The notes beneath the pieces were generated by a model that saw only the letters and a program-made list of their open reading frames with translations, made no database searches and had not been told where the DNA came from. Position numbers and translations under genes: made by a program. From contig NC_043011.1 in assembly GCF_006345805.1 (NCBI RefSeq), positions 60,524,464-60,588,463 of the forward strand: a stretch of DNA of 64,000 nt. The letters run 5' to 3'. The first letter of the stretch is position 1. Every line of letters starts with the position of its first letter. This DNA comes from Octopus sinensis. Taxonomy: Eukaryota. This document shows, piece by piece, positions 25,786 to 38,365 of this stretch.

Positions 25786-25822
<37 letters not shown>

Positions 25823-26714
25823 TAATAATAATAATGATAATAATAATAAAACCCTCCATAGATGCAGCCCTACCTCTTCCTGTCCTGAGACTAAGCAGTA
25901 ACAAGAATATCAAAAAAAAACGGGCTGTACTTATATGACCAACAAGCTTAAAACGAAAGGCAAAAAAAGTAGCCTCCATGTGGATGCTATGTCTGCTAGA
26001 AATAATAATCAAATTCCACTGAAATCGTGTCATACATTAGTGCTTCTTAATCTTAGTAGCTTACTGGTTGTCGATTGATGAAATAAAAATACTGGCGTAG
26101 TTCACATAGAAAGTACTTTTCTCAAAAAAAAAAAGAAAAGTTTGGAAGTTGAAAATTTAGAAAGATGAAGAAAAAAAGAGGGTGGGGTTAGAAGATTAAC
26201 GGTTACCTTAATTTATTAATCACATTTAAATGTAATAAAATTATGAATAAGACTTTAAAAATAAGAATTGAATTTCGACATCCTGTTTAAATTTTTATTT
26301 TTAAAAATTCAAGGCACACCTAAATACCTCGTGGTGCATCGGTGAAGAAACTTTTTGTCTTACAGTACTAAAAATGGAAAGTAGCTATTATATGATGTAT
26401 TAACAAACCACTCAAAATGAGAGTACGGTTAGAGTTGGAACGTCAAGGATTCTGGGTCTATTTGGCTGACTTTAAATGGAAATAAAAGCGATGGGGGATG
26501 GGGCTAAGCGAACTCGTTCAAGACATGCTGAGTTTATTTTTTAAAAGTAAGTATATTTTATATATATTGACTAGGAAATGGCTGCAAAGTAGGTAGGGTG
26601 AGATGCTTATCCCTTCCTAAAGGTTTATGTAAATAACTGACAGGGAAGTGAAGCTGCTGGAAATAGGAGTCGAAACATGAAGGAGAAAGAGATAAAAATC
26701 GAACCAGCAGTATA

Positions 26715-27250
26715 TAATCCTTTCTGATAAAGGCACAAGGCCTGAAATTTGGGGGCTCTAATGTGTCACTGGTACTTAATTTATCAATCCTGAAAGAATG
26801 AAAAGCAAAGTCAACCTCGATGGAATATGAACTCACAATGTAAAGACGAATGAAATACCTATTTCTTTACTATCCACAAGGGGCTAAACACAGAGAGGAC
26901 AAACAAGGACAGACAAATGGATTAAGTCGATTATATCGACTTCAGTGCGTAACTGGTACTTATTTAATCGACCCAAAGGGGATGAAAGGCAAAGTCGACC
27001 TTGGTAGAATTTGAACTCAGAACGTAACAACAGATGAAATACCTATTTCTTTACTGCCCACAAGGGGCTAAACACAGAGAGGACAAACAAGGACAGACAA
27101 ATGGATTAAGTCGATTATATCGACCCCAGAGCCTAACTGGTACTTATTTAATCTACCCTGAAAGGATGAAAGGCAAAGTCGAACTTGGCGTAATTTGAAC
27201 TCAGAACGTAGTAGCAGATGAAATACCTCGTTTCTGCCAGCTCGCCACCT
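26715..27250 (-). mobile_element. Head-to-tail family B SINE multimer with 184-bp period
   Basis: Junction GAAATACCTATTTC, with unit starts at 26859 and 27043 and the matching position at 27227. Confidence 0.88.
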
Positions 27251-27499
27251 TCCACCCGTATTTATAATATAAAGTAGACATAGCATGGTATAACACGTAT
27301 ATGTTGCATGCATGCAAACATGTATGTATGTGTGTGTATGTATGGATGGATGGATAATATCGTTTCAACATCTATTTTTCCATGCTTGCATAGGTCATAC
27401 GACGTTTACTGAGGCAGTTTGCTGCAGTCAGATGCCCTACTGGTCGCCAACCCTCACCAGTTTCCAAGCAAAGTAATACGTGGCCAAACCTGTTTTCGC

Positions 27500-27883
27500 A
27501 GAGTTAAGGCAAGAGTCAGAAGTGGTTTCTCGAGAATGTCTACAACTGCACCAGCTCCAGTTTCTGGCCTCCTAATCCCGCCAATTGTGATCTCATGGAT
27601 TACAATGTGTAGGGTATGGTTGAATACGATGTCCACTGCTCTGTCTGCAACACCAAGGCTAAGCTGGTAGGCAGGATCAAGACGCAGAGAGGAACACATG
27701 TGCCGGAGGTTCTGGAGCCATCTGGAGGATGTGGTGAAAGCTGGCAGCAACCACTTTGGGTAAACTGTTATGCCCCAGCCATAATCTAATTGATACTGCT
27801 TGATTTTTAAAATATTTCATTTTTAAATGGGATATTGTTTTGTTTTATGCAAACTGTCAAATTTAGCCTAAACACCCTCTGTA
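27500..27883 (+). pseudogene. maT (Tc1/mariner) transposase C-terminal remnant with right end
   Basis: Translates SQKWFLENVYNCTSSSFWPPNPANCDLMDYNV*GMVE...RRFWSHLEDVVKAGSNHFG*, homologous to the 57277 ORF. Ends CACCCTCTGTA. Confidence 0.75.
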
Positions 27884-28330
27884 TACACAAACACACACAC
27901 ACATGCATACACATACACACACACGAGAGCATGCACACATATTTTAATGACTTTCAAACTAGACCTTGGTCAACTTGAAGCAACATTAGAAGACATGTTC
28001 TTCATCATGCGCTGCACAGTAAGATCAATCTTCATACTATGTGACGGTGAGGCAAGTCTGGAACCACTCTGCCATTTTGGCACAGGTTGCAATGAAAGGA
28101 CAGAATAATTCAAAGCAACTTAATAAGAGATTTCTACTCAAGGAGTCTACCTAAATTTCAACAAACATTGTCCAACATCCAAGATTAAACACATTTTCTC
28201 AGCAGAAGACAAAATTACACATACAAACCATTTGACGATGAATTTACAGTCAAAGCCACAATGGAATCATGGTTTTTCTCTACATGTAATTTTTCATTAT
28301 GGAAAATAATTGTCTAAGTCTTTTGATTAA

Positions 28331-28542
28331 CCCTTTAGCATTCACCTTATTTTGTCAAAAATAATGCTTGTTTATTCACATTGTTTTGAATTAATCATAC
28401 ACTATTTTGTAGCTTGGAGATTTTGATGAGGTTACTGTTAATTTTTAGAATGGTATTGTAGGGTTGGTGTGAGAGGCCAGATCCGGCTGATAATGCTTGT
28501 GGAATATTTTGGCTGGATATGGCAGGTTTAAGTGCTGAAAGG
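28331..28542. mobile_element. piggyBac-like MITE with TTAA TSD
   Basis: TTAA|CCCTTTAGCA ... TGCTGAAAGG|TTAA. Partial copies near 37660-37787 and 44743-44950. Confidence 0.8.
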
Positions 28543-29664
28543 TTAAGCCTCAACATTCACGGAGTGGTGGGCGTTAGGAAGAGCATCCATCTGTAGAAAC
28601 ACTGCCAGATCAGACTGGAGCCTGGTGCAGCCGCCTAGCTTCCCAGATCTGGTCAAACCGTCCAACCCATGCTAGCATGGAAAACGGATGTTAAGCGATG
28701 ATGATGATGATGGTAAGTACAACTGAGAGTATGGATCATCATCGCTTTAATGCTGACTTTTCCATGCTTGCATGGGTCAGGAAGAATTCACTGAAGCAGA
28801 TTTCCCGTGGTTGAATGCCTTTTGCATCACCAGCTTTTGCCCATTTCCGAGCAAGAAAATATTCTTCAGTGTCTGGAAATGTTTTTTCATGGAACACAGG
28901 AAATGAAGGACACTGCTTGAATGACAGAGATGGTCATTTTTCAGTTATCGTGCAATGCCAAGATATGGATACCATCATACAAGCAGTGTCACTCATTCCC
29001 GATCTTCTGAAAAAACACACCTGGAAACAGGTGAGGGTTGGCAACAGGAAGAGACTCTGACAGCATAAGATCTACCTCAATGTATTGTCCGACCTATGCA
29101 AGCATGGAACAGTGAATATTAAAACAATGATGATGAGAATGGTAATCTTAACATTTATCTTTATCAAGGTGGCAAGCTGGCAGAATTGTTAGCATTATGT
29201 TCTGAGTTCAAATTCTGCCGAGGTCGACTTTGTCATTCATCCTCTCGGGGTCAATAAATTAAGTACCAGTTGTGTACTGGGGTCAATCTAATCAACTAGC
29301 CCCCCTGCCACCTCTCCCAAAATTTCAGGCCTTGTGCCTATAGTAGAAAGTAATATTTATCTTTATCCTTCATAAAGTTACAATTCATATGAGATTAAAC
29401 AAATCATGAAATTTGAAATGTTAAGCAGAGCTAAATTGATCAGATACCACAAAAAATGCTACAAAACATTTCATCATAACCAAGACCATATTTAGACCAA
29501 ATTTTCCAACAATTCCCTGTTCAGTGGTGGTTATTTCCTCCTTTGAGTCTCCTAAATGCATACAGATACCAGGGAAAATGCCATGCTTGTATAGTAATAT
29601 TAAATATATAGAATTAATCACAAAAATTACTCTGAAATATGCTTGCTTACTAGCTTGCATGCAT

Positions 29665-29920
29665 GCACAGACAGACAGATTGAAGAATAGATAGAAGATA
29701 GATGGAAAGAGAGATAGATGATGGATAGATAGGCAGACAGACACACAGAAACAGAGACAGACACAGACAGAGATAGAGACAGACATAGAAAGACAGAGAT
29801 AGATAAAGACACAGAGACAAAGACAGACAGAGATAGAGACAGACATAGAAAGACAGAGATAGATAAAGACACAGAGACAAAGACAGACAGACAGATGTGT
29901 GTATGTGTATATATATATCA
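29665..29920. repeat. (GACA/GATA/GA)n compound repeat with a ~60-bp internal duplication
   Basis: Lines starting 29761 and 29821 are nearly identical; this explains ORFs 29421-29951. Confidence 0.9.
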
Positions 29921-30140
29921 AAATGAGGTTAAAAAATTTTATGGTATTCAAATTTTCTGATCTCTTTTAAGAAAAAGTTTTCCAGTATTAACAATTCTTA
30001 AACATATCTCACATGAATATAACATCTACATACGGATTTGGAACACTGAAATAAGCAGATGTGCTTCAAGAGGACACAGCTTGGATTTTAACCCCCACTC
30101 TCTTTCTCTCTCTCTCTGTATATATATATATATTTTAAAT

Positions 30141-30555
30141 ACTCTCTCTTTTACTCTTTTACTTGCTTCAGTCATTTGACTGTGGCCATACTGGAGCACC
30201 GCCTTAGTCGAGCAAATCGACCCCAGGACTTATTCTTTGTAAGCCTAGTACTTATTCTATCGGTCTCTTTTGCCGAACCACTAAGTTACGGGGACGTAAA
30301 CACACCAGCATCGGTTGTCAAGTGATGTTGGGGGACAAACACAGACACACAAACATATACACACACATACATATATATATATACACATATACGACAGGCT
30401 TCTTTCAGTTTCCCTCTACCAAATCCACTCACAAGGCTTTGGTCGGCCCGAGGCTATAGTAGAAACACTTGCCCAAGGTGCCACGCAGTGGGACTGAACC
30501 TGGAACCATGTGGTTCGTAAGCAAGCTACTTACCACACAGCCACTCCTACGCCTA
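30141..30555 (-). mobile_element. Family A SINE, full length
   Basis: Complete reverse match. Further copies at 38168-38580(+), 42573-42952(-), 46148-46550(-), 52914-53242(-), 56260-56650(+) and 58907-59275(+). Confidence 0.92.
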
Positions 30556-32167
30556 TATATAAATAGATATCATCATTTAACAAGCACCTTCCATGCTGGC
30601 TTAGGTCTCAGAGTTTGATAGGATTTGATAAACAAAGGACTACGTTGAGCTCTGATGTTCATTTTGGTATGGTTTCTATGACTGGATGCCCTTCCTAATG
30701 TGTCAACCACTTTACAGAATATACTAGGTGTTTTTTTTTTTAGTGACACCAACACCAATTAACTCACACGATAACCCCACCCCACCTCAACAGAATAAGG
30801 GGGTAGCATTGAGAGAAGTGGTTGTATACCAAGTTTTCAGAAGCTGAAGTATGAGAGGAGAACAGAAACAGGGGTGTTGCTGCAGAGGAAATACATGGAT
30901 ATTTCCAACAGGATGGAGAGAAAAGATGATGGCAATAAGGTGTTAGGGCATCCTCTGAAAGTTCAAGAAGGCATATATCTATGCTAAAGTTACAAATATA
31001 AATTAAATGCAAAAAGCACAGGAAAATGTATTTACATACAAGTAGCTCGTTTATTACTAATTAACAGGAAAATCCTCATTGAACAAGAGTGTTTTGGGTA
31101 ACCCTGATTGGAGAAATGCTGGTTCTCATCATCATCGTCATCATCATCACCATCATTACCATCATCGTTTAATGTCTGTGTTCCCTGATGGCATGGGTTG
31201 GACAGTTTGATTGAGGTCTGGAGAGCCAGCGGCTGCACCAGGCTCCAATCTGATCTGGCAGATTTCTACAGCTGGATGCCCTTCCTAAAGCCAACCACTC
31301 CGTGAGTGTAGTGGGTGCTCTTTATGTGCCACCGGCACAGCAGCCATTCAGGTGGGCCTGGCATCATTCACGTTCGGATGGTGCTTTTTACATGCCACTG
31401 GCACAGGAGCCAGTAGGGGACACTGGCATTGACCACATTTGGATGATGCATTTTACATGCCACCGGAATGGGAGCCAGTCAGAGGGCACTGGTCACAGCT
31501 ACAATTTTGGCTTTACTTGACTGGACAGGTCTTCTCAGGCATATCATATCGCCCAACACATCAAAGGTACTCTTAAATGGGCTGGTCATGCAACACTAGC
31601 ATCGGTTATTGCTGCGATCTCACTTTAATTGCCTGGTCTTCTCAATTAAATTAATTAGAATTAAGAACTGTAAAATATTAATCAGAAATTATGCAATATA
31701 CAAATAATTTTAATTAGTAAATTCTTTCTTCCTGATAGGGGAAAAATATTAAAAAAACAAAACAAAAAACAAAAAATCCTCTTTCTTCAGTTCAGCAGTA
31801 AGAATCATAACAAAAGTAGAGAGACATTTTTCAGTTCTTTTAATTTAAGTTATGGAATAATCGAAGATTTTTATCAGAGTAGCAAAAAATTCCTTGAACT
31901 AAAAATAACATAAATCAAAAATTGAATTATAATAATAATAATAATAATAATGATAATAATAATAATAATAATAATGATAATAATAATAATAATAATAATG
32001 TTTTTATTCAATTTAGCTTTTTCTTTTTTAGAATACACTGGAAATCATTCTTTCTTAATATTTTAAAAATTCAATTCTAGCATAATTTTCGATAAATGAT
32101 ACTATCTTATAAGTGACAAATTGAAATTTCTAACTGAAAATATAAATGAGAGATTTATATTTATGTG

Positions 32168-32205
<38 letters not shown>

Positions 32206-33349
32206 TATTTGTAGGTGGATGTATGTATATGCTCTCCCCAGACAATAAAATATCTAGACACACACACACATATATATTAGTGTGTATCTTTATAGAAAGT
32301 TTTGTATTGATTTCTATGCAAAACTTCTCATGTAGACACTGGTTTGACAGTTTGGTCAAGAATTTTACTGAGCCACCGGATGGTTTTGAGTTCAATCCAG
32401 CTTTGCAATGTTTTGAGCAAGTGTGATCACCTCCAACAATGCCTATGAAAGATGATTCCGTATTTCGTTGATCCCTAATCTAAACTTCTGATCCCAACCA
32501 TCAACCACATGCACCTTACCGGACTCGCACCTAACAGACACTAAACCATGAGCAGGGACAGAATATGGTCCCTTCCTTCCAGAACATGATCCCTTCTTTC
32601 CACATCCATATTCACCCCTTTACATCTTCCTCTCTTTTATGTTCCATTCCACCCATATATGCCTCTCATTTCCACCCCCCTCTTTCATATTCCCTTACTT
32701 AAATACCTGCCCATATTCGCCCTTATAAATAACAATGGACACCACTAGATCCCTCTTACATAACTCAGCTATTGTCTCTCCTTTGACACAAATCACCTTT
32801 GGTTTCTCTTCCCTACACTCCAACTCCTAAATTACTGTCTCCCTCCACCATCCTTCTCACATATGACAATAATTCGGTTCATCTCCTCATCCTCATTCTT
32901 TACCGTTCTCATAAGGTTGCCTAACTTCACCTCTCTCTCTCACGCTCTCTCTCTCTCTCTCTCTCTAGTCATAGAGTTTCTTTTTGCAGTACTTTAGTCT
33001 TGCAAACCGATATTGCTAATTCTGGCACCATGTAAAAAACACCCAGAACACTTTGCAAAGTGGTTGGCATTAGGAAAAGCATCCAGCTGTAGAAATTATG
33101 CCAAAACTAAGACACAGGAGCATATTGCAGTCCAGTGATTCCTTAAATCCTGTCAAACCATCCAAACCAAACCAGAGCTTGAATAAACTATTTTGTCTTT
33201 TAAAAAAAGTACCTCCTATGCAAATTCGAGTGTGATCGTTACCAGCGTCGCACTACTGTTGCATCTAAAACATTCTTCACTGATCACACCTGAAACCATC
33301 CACGACCAGATTAGAACATTTTCTTTCATTTCCATTCAGGAGAAGACCA

Positions 33350-34130
33350 TAATTTATGTCTTTTTAGTTTGGGTTTCATGTATGTAACTGAAATTTAATT
33401 CCAGATAACTACCTTACATTTGTGTGGTACATGGGGAATTTGAACCCAGCATCTATAGACACTGGATTAGGGTTATATAAAGATATAGTTATATAAAGAT
33501 ACAATTTTTTTAGAGACTTTATTACATTGACCATAGAAACAGCATTGTCCCATTCAGCCTGCGATTCGCTGTTTAAGCTTTTATTTATGAGAACTTCAGT
33601 GAATGAAACAATAAATTATAACAATGCTTAGATTCACGTTTCTTGCCAAAGTTACGAACTGCTGAAAATATCAAAAATATTTCAAACTCTATCAATGCAA
33701 ATTCCTACACACTCCAAGATATTCTATCAAATGTGAAATATGAGCCTGCAATTCCAAAAATATCTTAACAGGCATCTTGTTGCAAGTTCCTTCAGAAATA
33801 AAAGCTGGTCTGCTACATCGTCTTTCTGAATAAACTAATGAATTCCATTACGCGTTGTTTTTCAATTATGTCCATCCTTTGACAATTTGAATGGCATATA
33901 ATGATTCCTAAGACCACTTAGAAGTATTCTATGGTATATCTGCTGACAATTGAGTAACACATCTACAGACTTCCCATGAAGATTCCAGACATCGGTAACA
34001 GAGATTTCTTTAAAACTTTTTCATAAGAGAGAAGTCATTTTCTAAATTTATAAGAATTTGTTATTTGCAAAGTTTGAAATCGTTTATTCCCACAATAAAA
34101 GGATTCTGTTTAGCTATAATTCTTGGTGCC
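33350..34130 (-). pseudogene. hAT (Buster/Charlie, ZBED5/SCAND3-like) transposase remnant, central part
   Basis: Minus strand near 33399-33432 reads MYHTNVR*LSG (family motif YHTEVRWLSRG), preceded by AVSMVNVIKS. Many stops and frameshifts. Confidence 0.8.
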
Positions 34131-34578
34131 CAAGTTCAGAAAATACCATTTTAATGCAAGAAATTTTACAAGTTACTTCTCCCCCCCTCTCTCTCTCTCT
34201 CTCTCTCATGCACACACACACACATATATATTCCAGTACAGCAAAACACCTGCCATGTTCATAGGTAATGTGGGTTCATATCCTACATGCAGCATTCAAC
34301 ATTTTCTATCCATGGTATTTTTTTCACTTAACATATTAAGATCTTTTACTTGTTTCAGTCATTAGACTGTGGCCAGGCTGGGGCAGCACTTTCAAGAATT
34401 TTAGTTGAATGAATCAAACCCAGCACTTATTTTTTCTCAAGCCTGAAACTTATTCTATTGGTCTCTTTTGCCAAACCACCAAGTGATAGGGACGTAAATA
34501 CACCAACACTGGTTGTCAAGTGATGGTGGTGGTGGGGGTGACAAACACAGACATAAAGACACACAAACAGACATATAC

Positions 34579-34624
<46 letters not shown>

Positions 34625-34694
34625 GTGTAGATATATATATGTGCGTGCATATAAGTATGTATATATATGTGTGTGTGTGTGTATATAGCTGGCA

Positions 34695-34948
34695 CCAGTA
34701 TTGCTAGAAATAAGAGCCAAAACAACTCATAGCCACAATAACACTCTGTCTTATTTACTGACAAAGAAGGTGAGCTCCCTAAGCCCTGGGCACAACCAGA
34801 CAACCACTGGCGAGCAATAATGTAAATGCTCGGCAGTAGTCATCTGGCTATGCCTGGTGTTTAGGGAGCTTGCCTCCTTTGTCAGACAATAAGACAGAGT
34901 GTCATTGTGGCTATGAGTTGTTTTGACTCTAATTTCTAGCAATACTGG
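34695..34948. mobile_element. ~255-bp hairpin element (~120-bp arms, 10-nt loop)
   Basis: CCAGTATTGCTAGAAA...GAGCA ATAATGTAAA TGCTC...TTTCTAGCAATACTGG. Confidence 0.9.
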
Positions 34949-35050
34949 TACTGAATAGCACCCTCAGTCACCTTAGTGACATATATATTTCTGCCTTCAG
35001 TTGAAAAATTGCTAACAAGCCATCTTTATTAAGCACCATATATATATATA

Positions 35051-35079
35051 TAAAAGAGACTAAAGTATATATATGCTGC

Positions 35080-35136
<57 letters not shown>

Positions 35137-36096
35137 TATAAAATACAAAATGGGACAAGAACACAAAACATCCAGACAATTAGGTGATACAAAAAAGGGA
35201 CAATGACCCGTCCTTGTTTTCTTTGTATCGGCTATCTGGATTTTTTGTTGTTCCTATTTTGTATTACCTAACTGTCTGGATGCTTTGCATTCTTGTCCCA
35301 TTTTGTATTTATATATATATATATATATATATATACAGCAGCGTATGTATACTTTGGTCTTTTATATGTAAGTATATATTTATCTAAATCTTGTACGACT
35401 CTATTCTTTCTTTTATTCTTTCTTTCTTTCTATCAGCCCTTTCAAGCTTACTTTGTTCATTCCAGTCGTCATTCTTTCATTCCCCCTCTCTCACATTTCC
35501 TTGCCTTCTCTTCATGCTCACTTTCCCTCCTCTTTTTACTTCACTGTGTCTCTGTCATTTTTTCACGCTCCTCCTTGATTCTTCTGTCCCTCTGCCTCTA
35601 CGTCTCTCTCTTCTCTCTCCCCATGACCGGTGTTTAGCCAAGCCTGACCTTTCTTTCTTGATTCAGCCGCCGCCTGTGCAACATCTGTATTCCTCCCTGT
35701 GCCTGTGAAATCTTGTATCCCTTCTTTAAGGCTTTACTTCCACACACGCTAGCTTAATTTAATCTGTACTCAGACAAAAGACACTTGTTGTTATGTCCTG
35801 TTATTTGTATTTGTGTAACATTCTCCGTCTTTTTTCTTCTGTCCTTGTTTTCGTATACATTCACTGATTTTTCCCAAGGAATCTAATGCTCTTAGCTTAA
35901 TTTTTCCTTGGGGCTGGCCAAATTGGAGCAATCTTGAGTATAACCAGCCGAAATTGCAAAGATTATCTGGAACTCAACTGAAGAAAGAAAACTCCAAATG
36001 ACCCGTCCTTGTTTTCTTTGTATCGTCTATCTGGATGTTTTGTTGTCCCTTTTTTGTGACACCTAACTGTCTGGATGTTTTGCATTCTTGTCCCAT

Positions 36097-36098
<2 letters not shown>
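35051..36098 (+). mobile_element. Penelope-like non-autonomous element with direct terminal repeats and an inverted 5' copy
   Basis: A ~100-bp direct repeat (ATGACCCGTCCTTGTTTTCTTTGTATCG...CTTGTCCCATT) at ~35203 and ~35998. 35051-35202 is the inverse of ~35245-35363. Termini lie in (TA)n. Confidence 0.65.
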
Positions 36099-36129
<31 letters not shown>

Positions 36130-36399
36130 CTTCTTTCAGTTTTTGTCTACCAAATCTACTCATCAGCTATGGTAGGTGACACTTGCCCAAGGTGCCACAC
36201 AGTAGGATTGAACCCAGGACCATGTGGTTGAGAAGCAAAATTCTTACTACACAGCCATGGCTGCACCTACATGTTATTTATATTTTTATCTGTTTTGAGT
36301 TAAATCATTTTAAAAAAGAATTATTTCATGTTGTTTTGAAGTTCCTAAATTCTTCTGATGTCATTCACAGTATTAGAATTTTCTTCACCTGTAAGAAGG

Positions 36400-36800
36400 G
36401 GAAAGCGTGAATGGCTAAAACCTTTGCTGTATACTTTTTCTTGGGTCAGATTAGAGTGCTATCTTTTTAAATCCATTGACTGCCTCAGACATAATTTCAA
36501 GTATCTCCTCACAAACTAGTTTAATAAACCTTTCTCCGATATTGCGGATTTTCATTTCCTTACACATTTTTCTGAAACAACTATCAGAAGCCTTTCTAAA
36601 CCTCAGACTTTATTTTTATTGAAAATTGAGCTTTTCATTTTATGATCTTTAAGAAGCCTCTTGAAGTAATCAACAGGATTTCTCATCAAATGAGTACCAT
36701 TACTTGTAAAATGGCGTTGTAATTCGCGAGGCTTTACTATTCAATTTCTCCCTACTCCAAGAAATATTGCATGACAGATAAGATTCAAAATACCACTCTA
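36400..36800 (-). pseudogene. hAT transposase remnant, N-terminal part (same element as 33350-34130)
   Basis: 36652-36740 minus reads IVKPRELQRHFTSNGTHLMRNPVDYFKRLL, resembling MKPSKLKRHLETKH..KPxEFFKR. Confidence 0.75.
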
Positions 36801-36989
36801 CTCTTCTGACCCTTTTCTGCATTTTTTGAACTCCTGACACTGTTAAACCTGATCAACATTGTATCAACATTCATTCACCAAGACAAAAGGATATTTTTTT
36901 TATTACTTGCTGTGTCTTAAGGAAGGGCCAGTGCCCCTTCCTTCCCCCCCCCCCAGTCTTCATAATCGCTTCTAGATCAGTGATGTTTA

Positions 36990-37380
36990 TACTATATAAG
37001 CACCTCTTTAACCTTTGCAAGACAATGCCTACAAGAAATACATCAGGAATTCCAGAGGGGGTGGCATTTTAGGGAGGAAGGACTGAAGATAGGGATTAGT
37101 GAAATGGCAAGGGTGATGAGAGGAGGAGAGACTGTCAGGCTGGGAATGCTTATGGGGAGGAGGTATGAATGCTACCAGCTCTGAAGAAGAGATGTTATCA
37201 CTGTATAGTGAGAGGAGACAGTGCATCCGTGGGTCAGAGGCTGGATGGTGTTTCAGAGTGACTTTATGTCTATCTTCCTAGACTGATTCCTTTATTAAAT
37301 GCAATCAAGGATGGCTGTATGCTGCTGTGGCAGCGGCAGTAGCACTGTTTCAGATATGAAAGCAATATTCCGTTGTGGGT
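36990..37380 (-). pseudogene. CR1/Jockey-group LINE ORF2 3' remnant
   Basis: PTTEYCFHI*...LLSLYSDNISSSELVAFIPP...YLQSFLP, resembling RPxMEYCSHIW...CSxEL..IPP...SFxP. Confidence 0.6.
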
Positions 37381-38332
37381 CTCACCTAGGTTTTGTTGTC
37401 AATAAATGTCATGCATATCTTATGCCTGCACACATACACATGCACATGCACACACACAAATGAAAATGTGCATGTATACACAGAAATGAAAATGTGCATG
37501 TATACACAGAAATGAAGAGTTTTGCTCAATGCACAATGGGAAAAAACTACTCTACTGATAAAGTTGTATACGAGTATTTGAAGTAAAAAAATAGAGACCA
37601 CAGAGAGAATAAACTACATTAAAAGCCTGGTGTAGAAAACCAACAAGAAGGCCCTCACAAGATTTTGATGGTGATTTTTAGAATGATATTATAGGGTAAG
37701 GATGAGAGACAGGATCTGGTCAGTTCAAATGTAACACAGGTAGAATATTTGGGCCAGATATGATTGGTTTAAATGCTAAAGGGTTAAAACCACTTTCAGT
37801 TCCAGCTAAGGACCTATAGTCTTTTGCATAGGTGTGGCAATGAAGGGCACCTCTTGCAGCAGCTGTTTAGACAGTTACCACCCAAGGTGATACATGCCTT
37901 CATTGCATCATTGAATTCTTCAAGTATTTTGCCTTTTTCAACTACTTTCAGCCAGCTGATCCTTTAGGTTCTTTGCCTCAAAGCCATATGCTAGTTTTAG
38001 AAAAACCATCTGACTTACATTACAAGTCCACTCCATATATGGAAGTCCCACAGTAAAATTTGGCACATGCTACGTGCTTTGTTTCCAAATCCATGATGAC
38101 ACACACTCAGCATAAAATCACCAAAGCTTTCTGTCTTTGTGCTCCAAGTTCCTCCAGCATATATCCATAGGTGCAGGAGTGGTTGTGCAGTAAGTAGCTT
38201 GATTACCAACCACACGATTCCGGGTTCAGTCCCACTGCATGGCACCTTGAGCAAGTGTCTTCTACTATAGCCTCGGGCTGACCAAAGCCTTGTGAGTGCA
38301 TTTGGTAGACAGAAACTGAAAGAAGCCCATCG

Positions 38333-38365
<33 letters not shown>

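Larger units (their letters stand above)
34344..36270 (-). mobile_element. Family A SINE expanded by ~1.4 kb of insertions in its internal (TA)n
   Basis: Tail at 34344-34570 and head at 36129-36270. Confidence 0.75.

Noticed and set aside
26859-27227. Regularly spaced repeats suggesting a CRISPR array
   Set aside because: These are whole 184-bp SINE units with no unique spacers, in a eukaryotic context with no cas genes.
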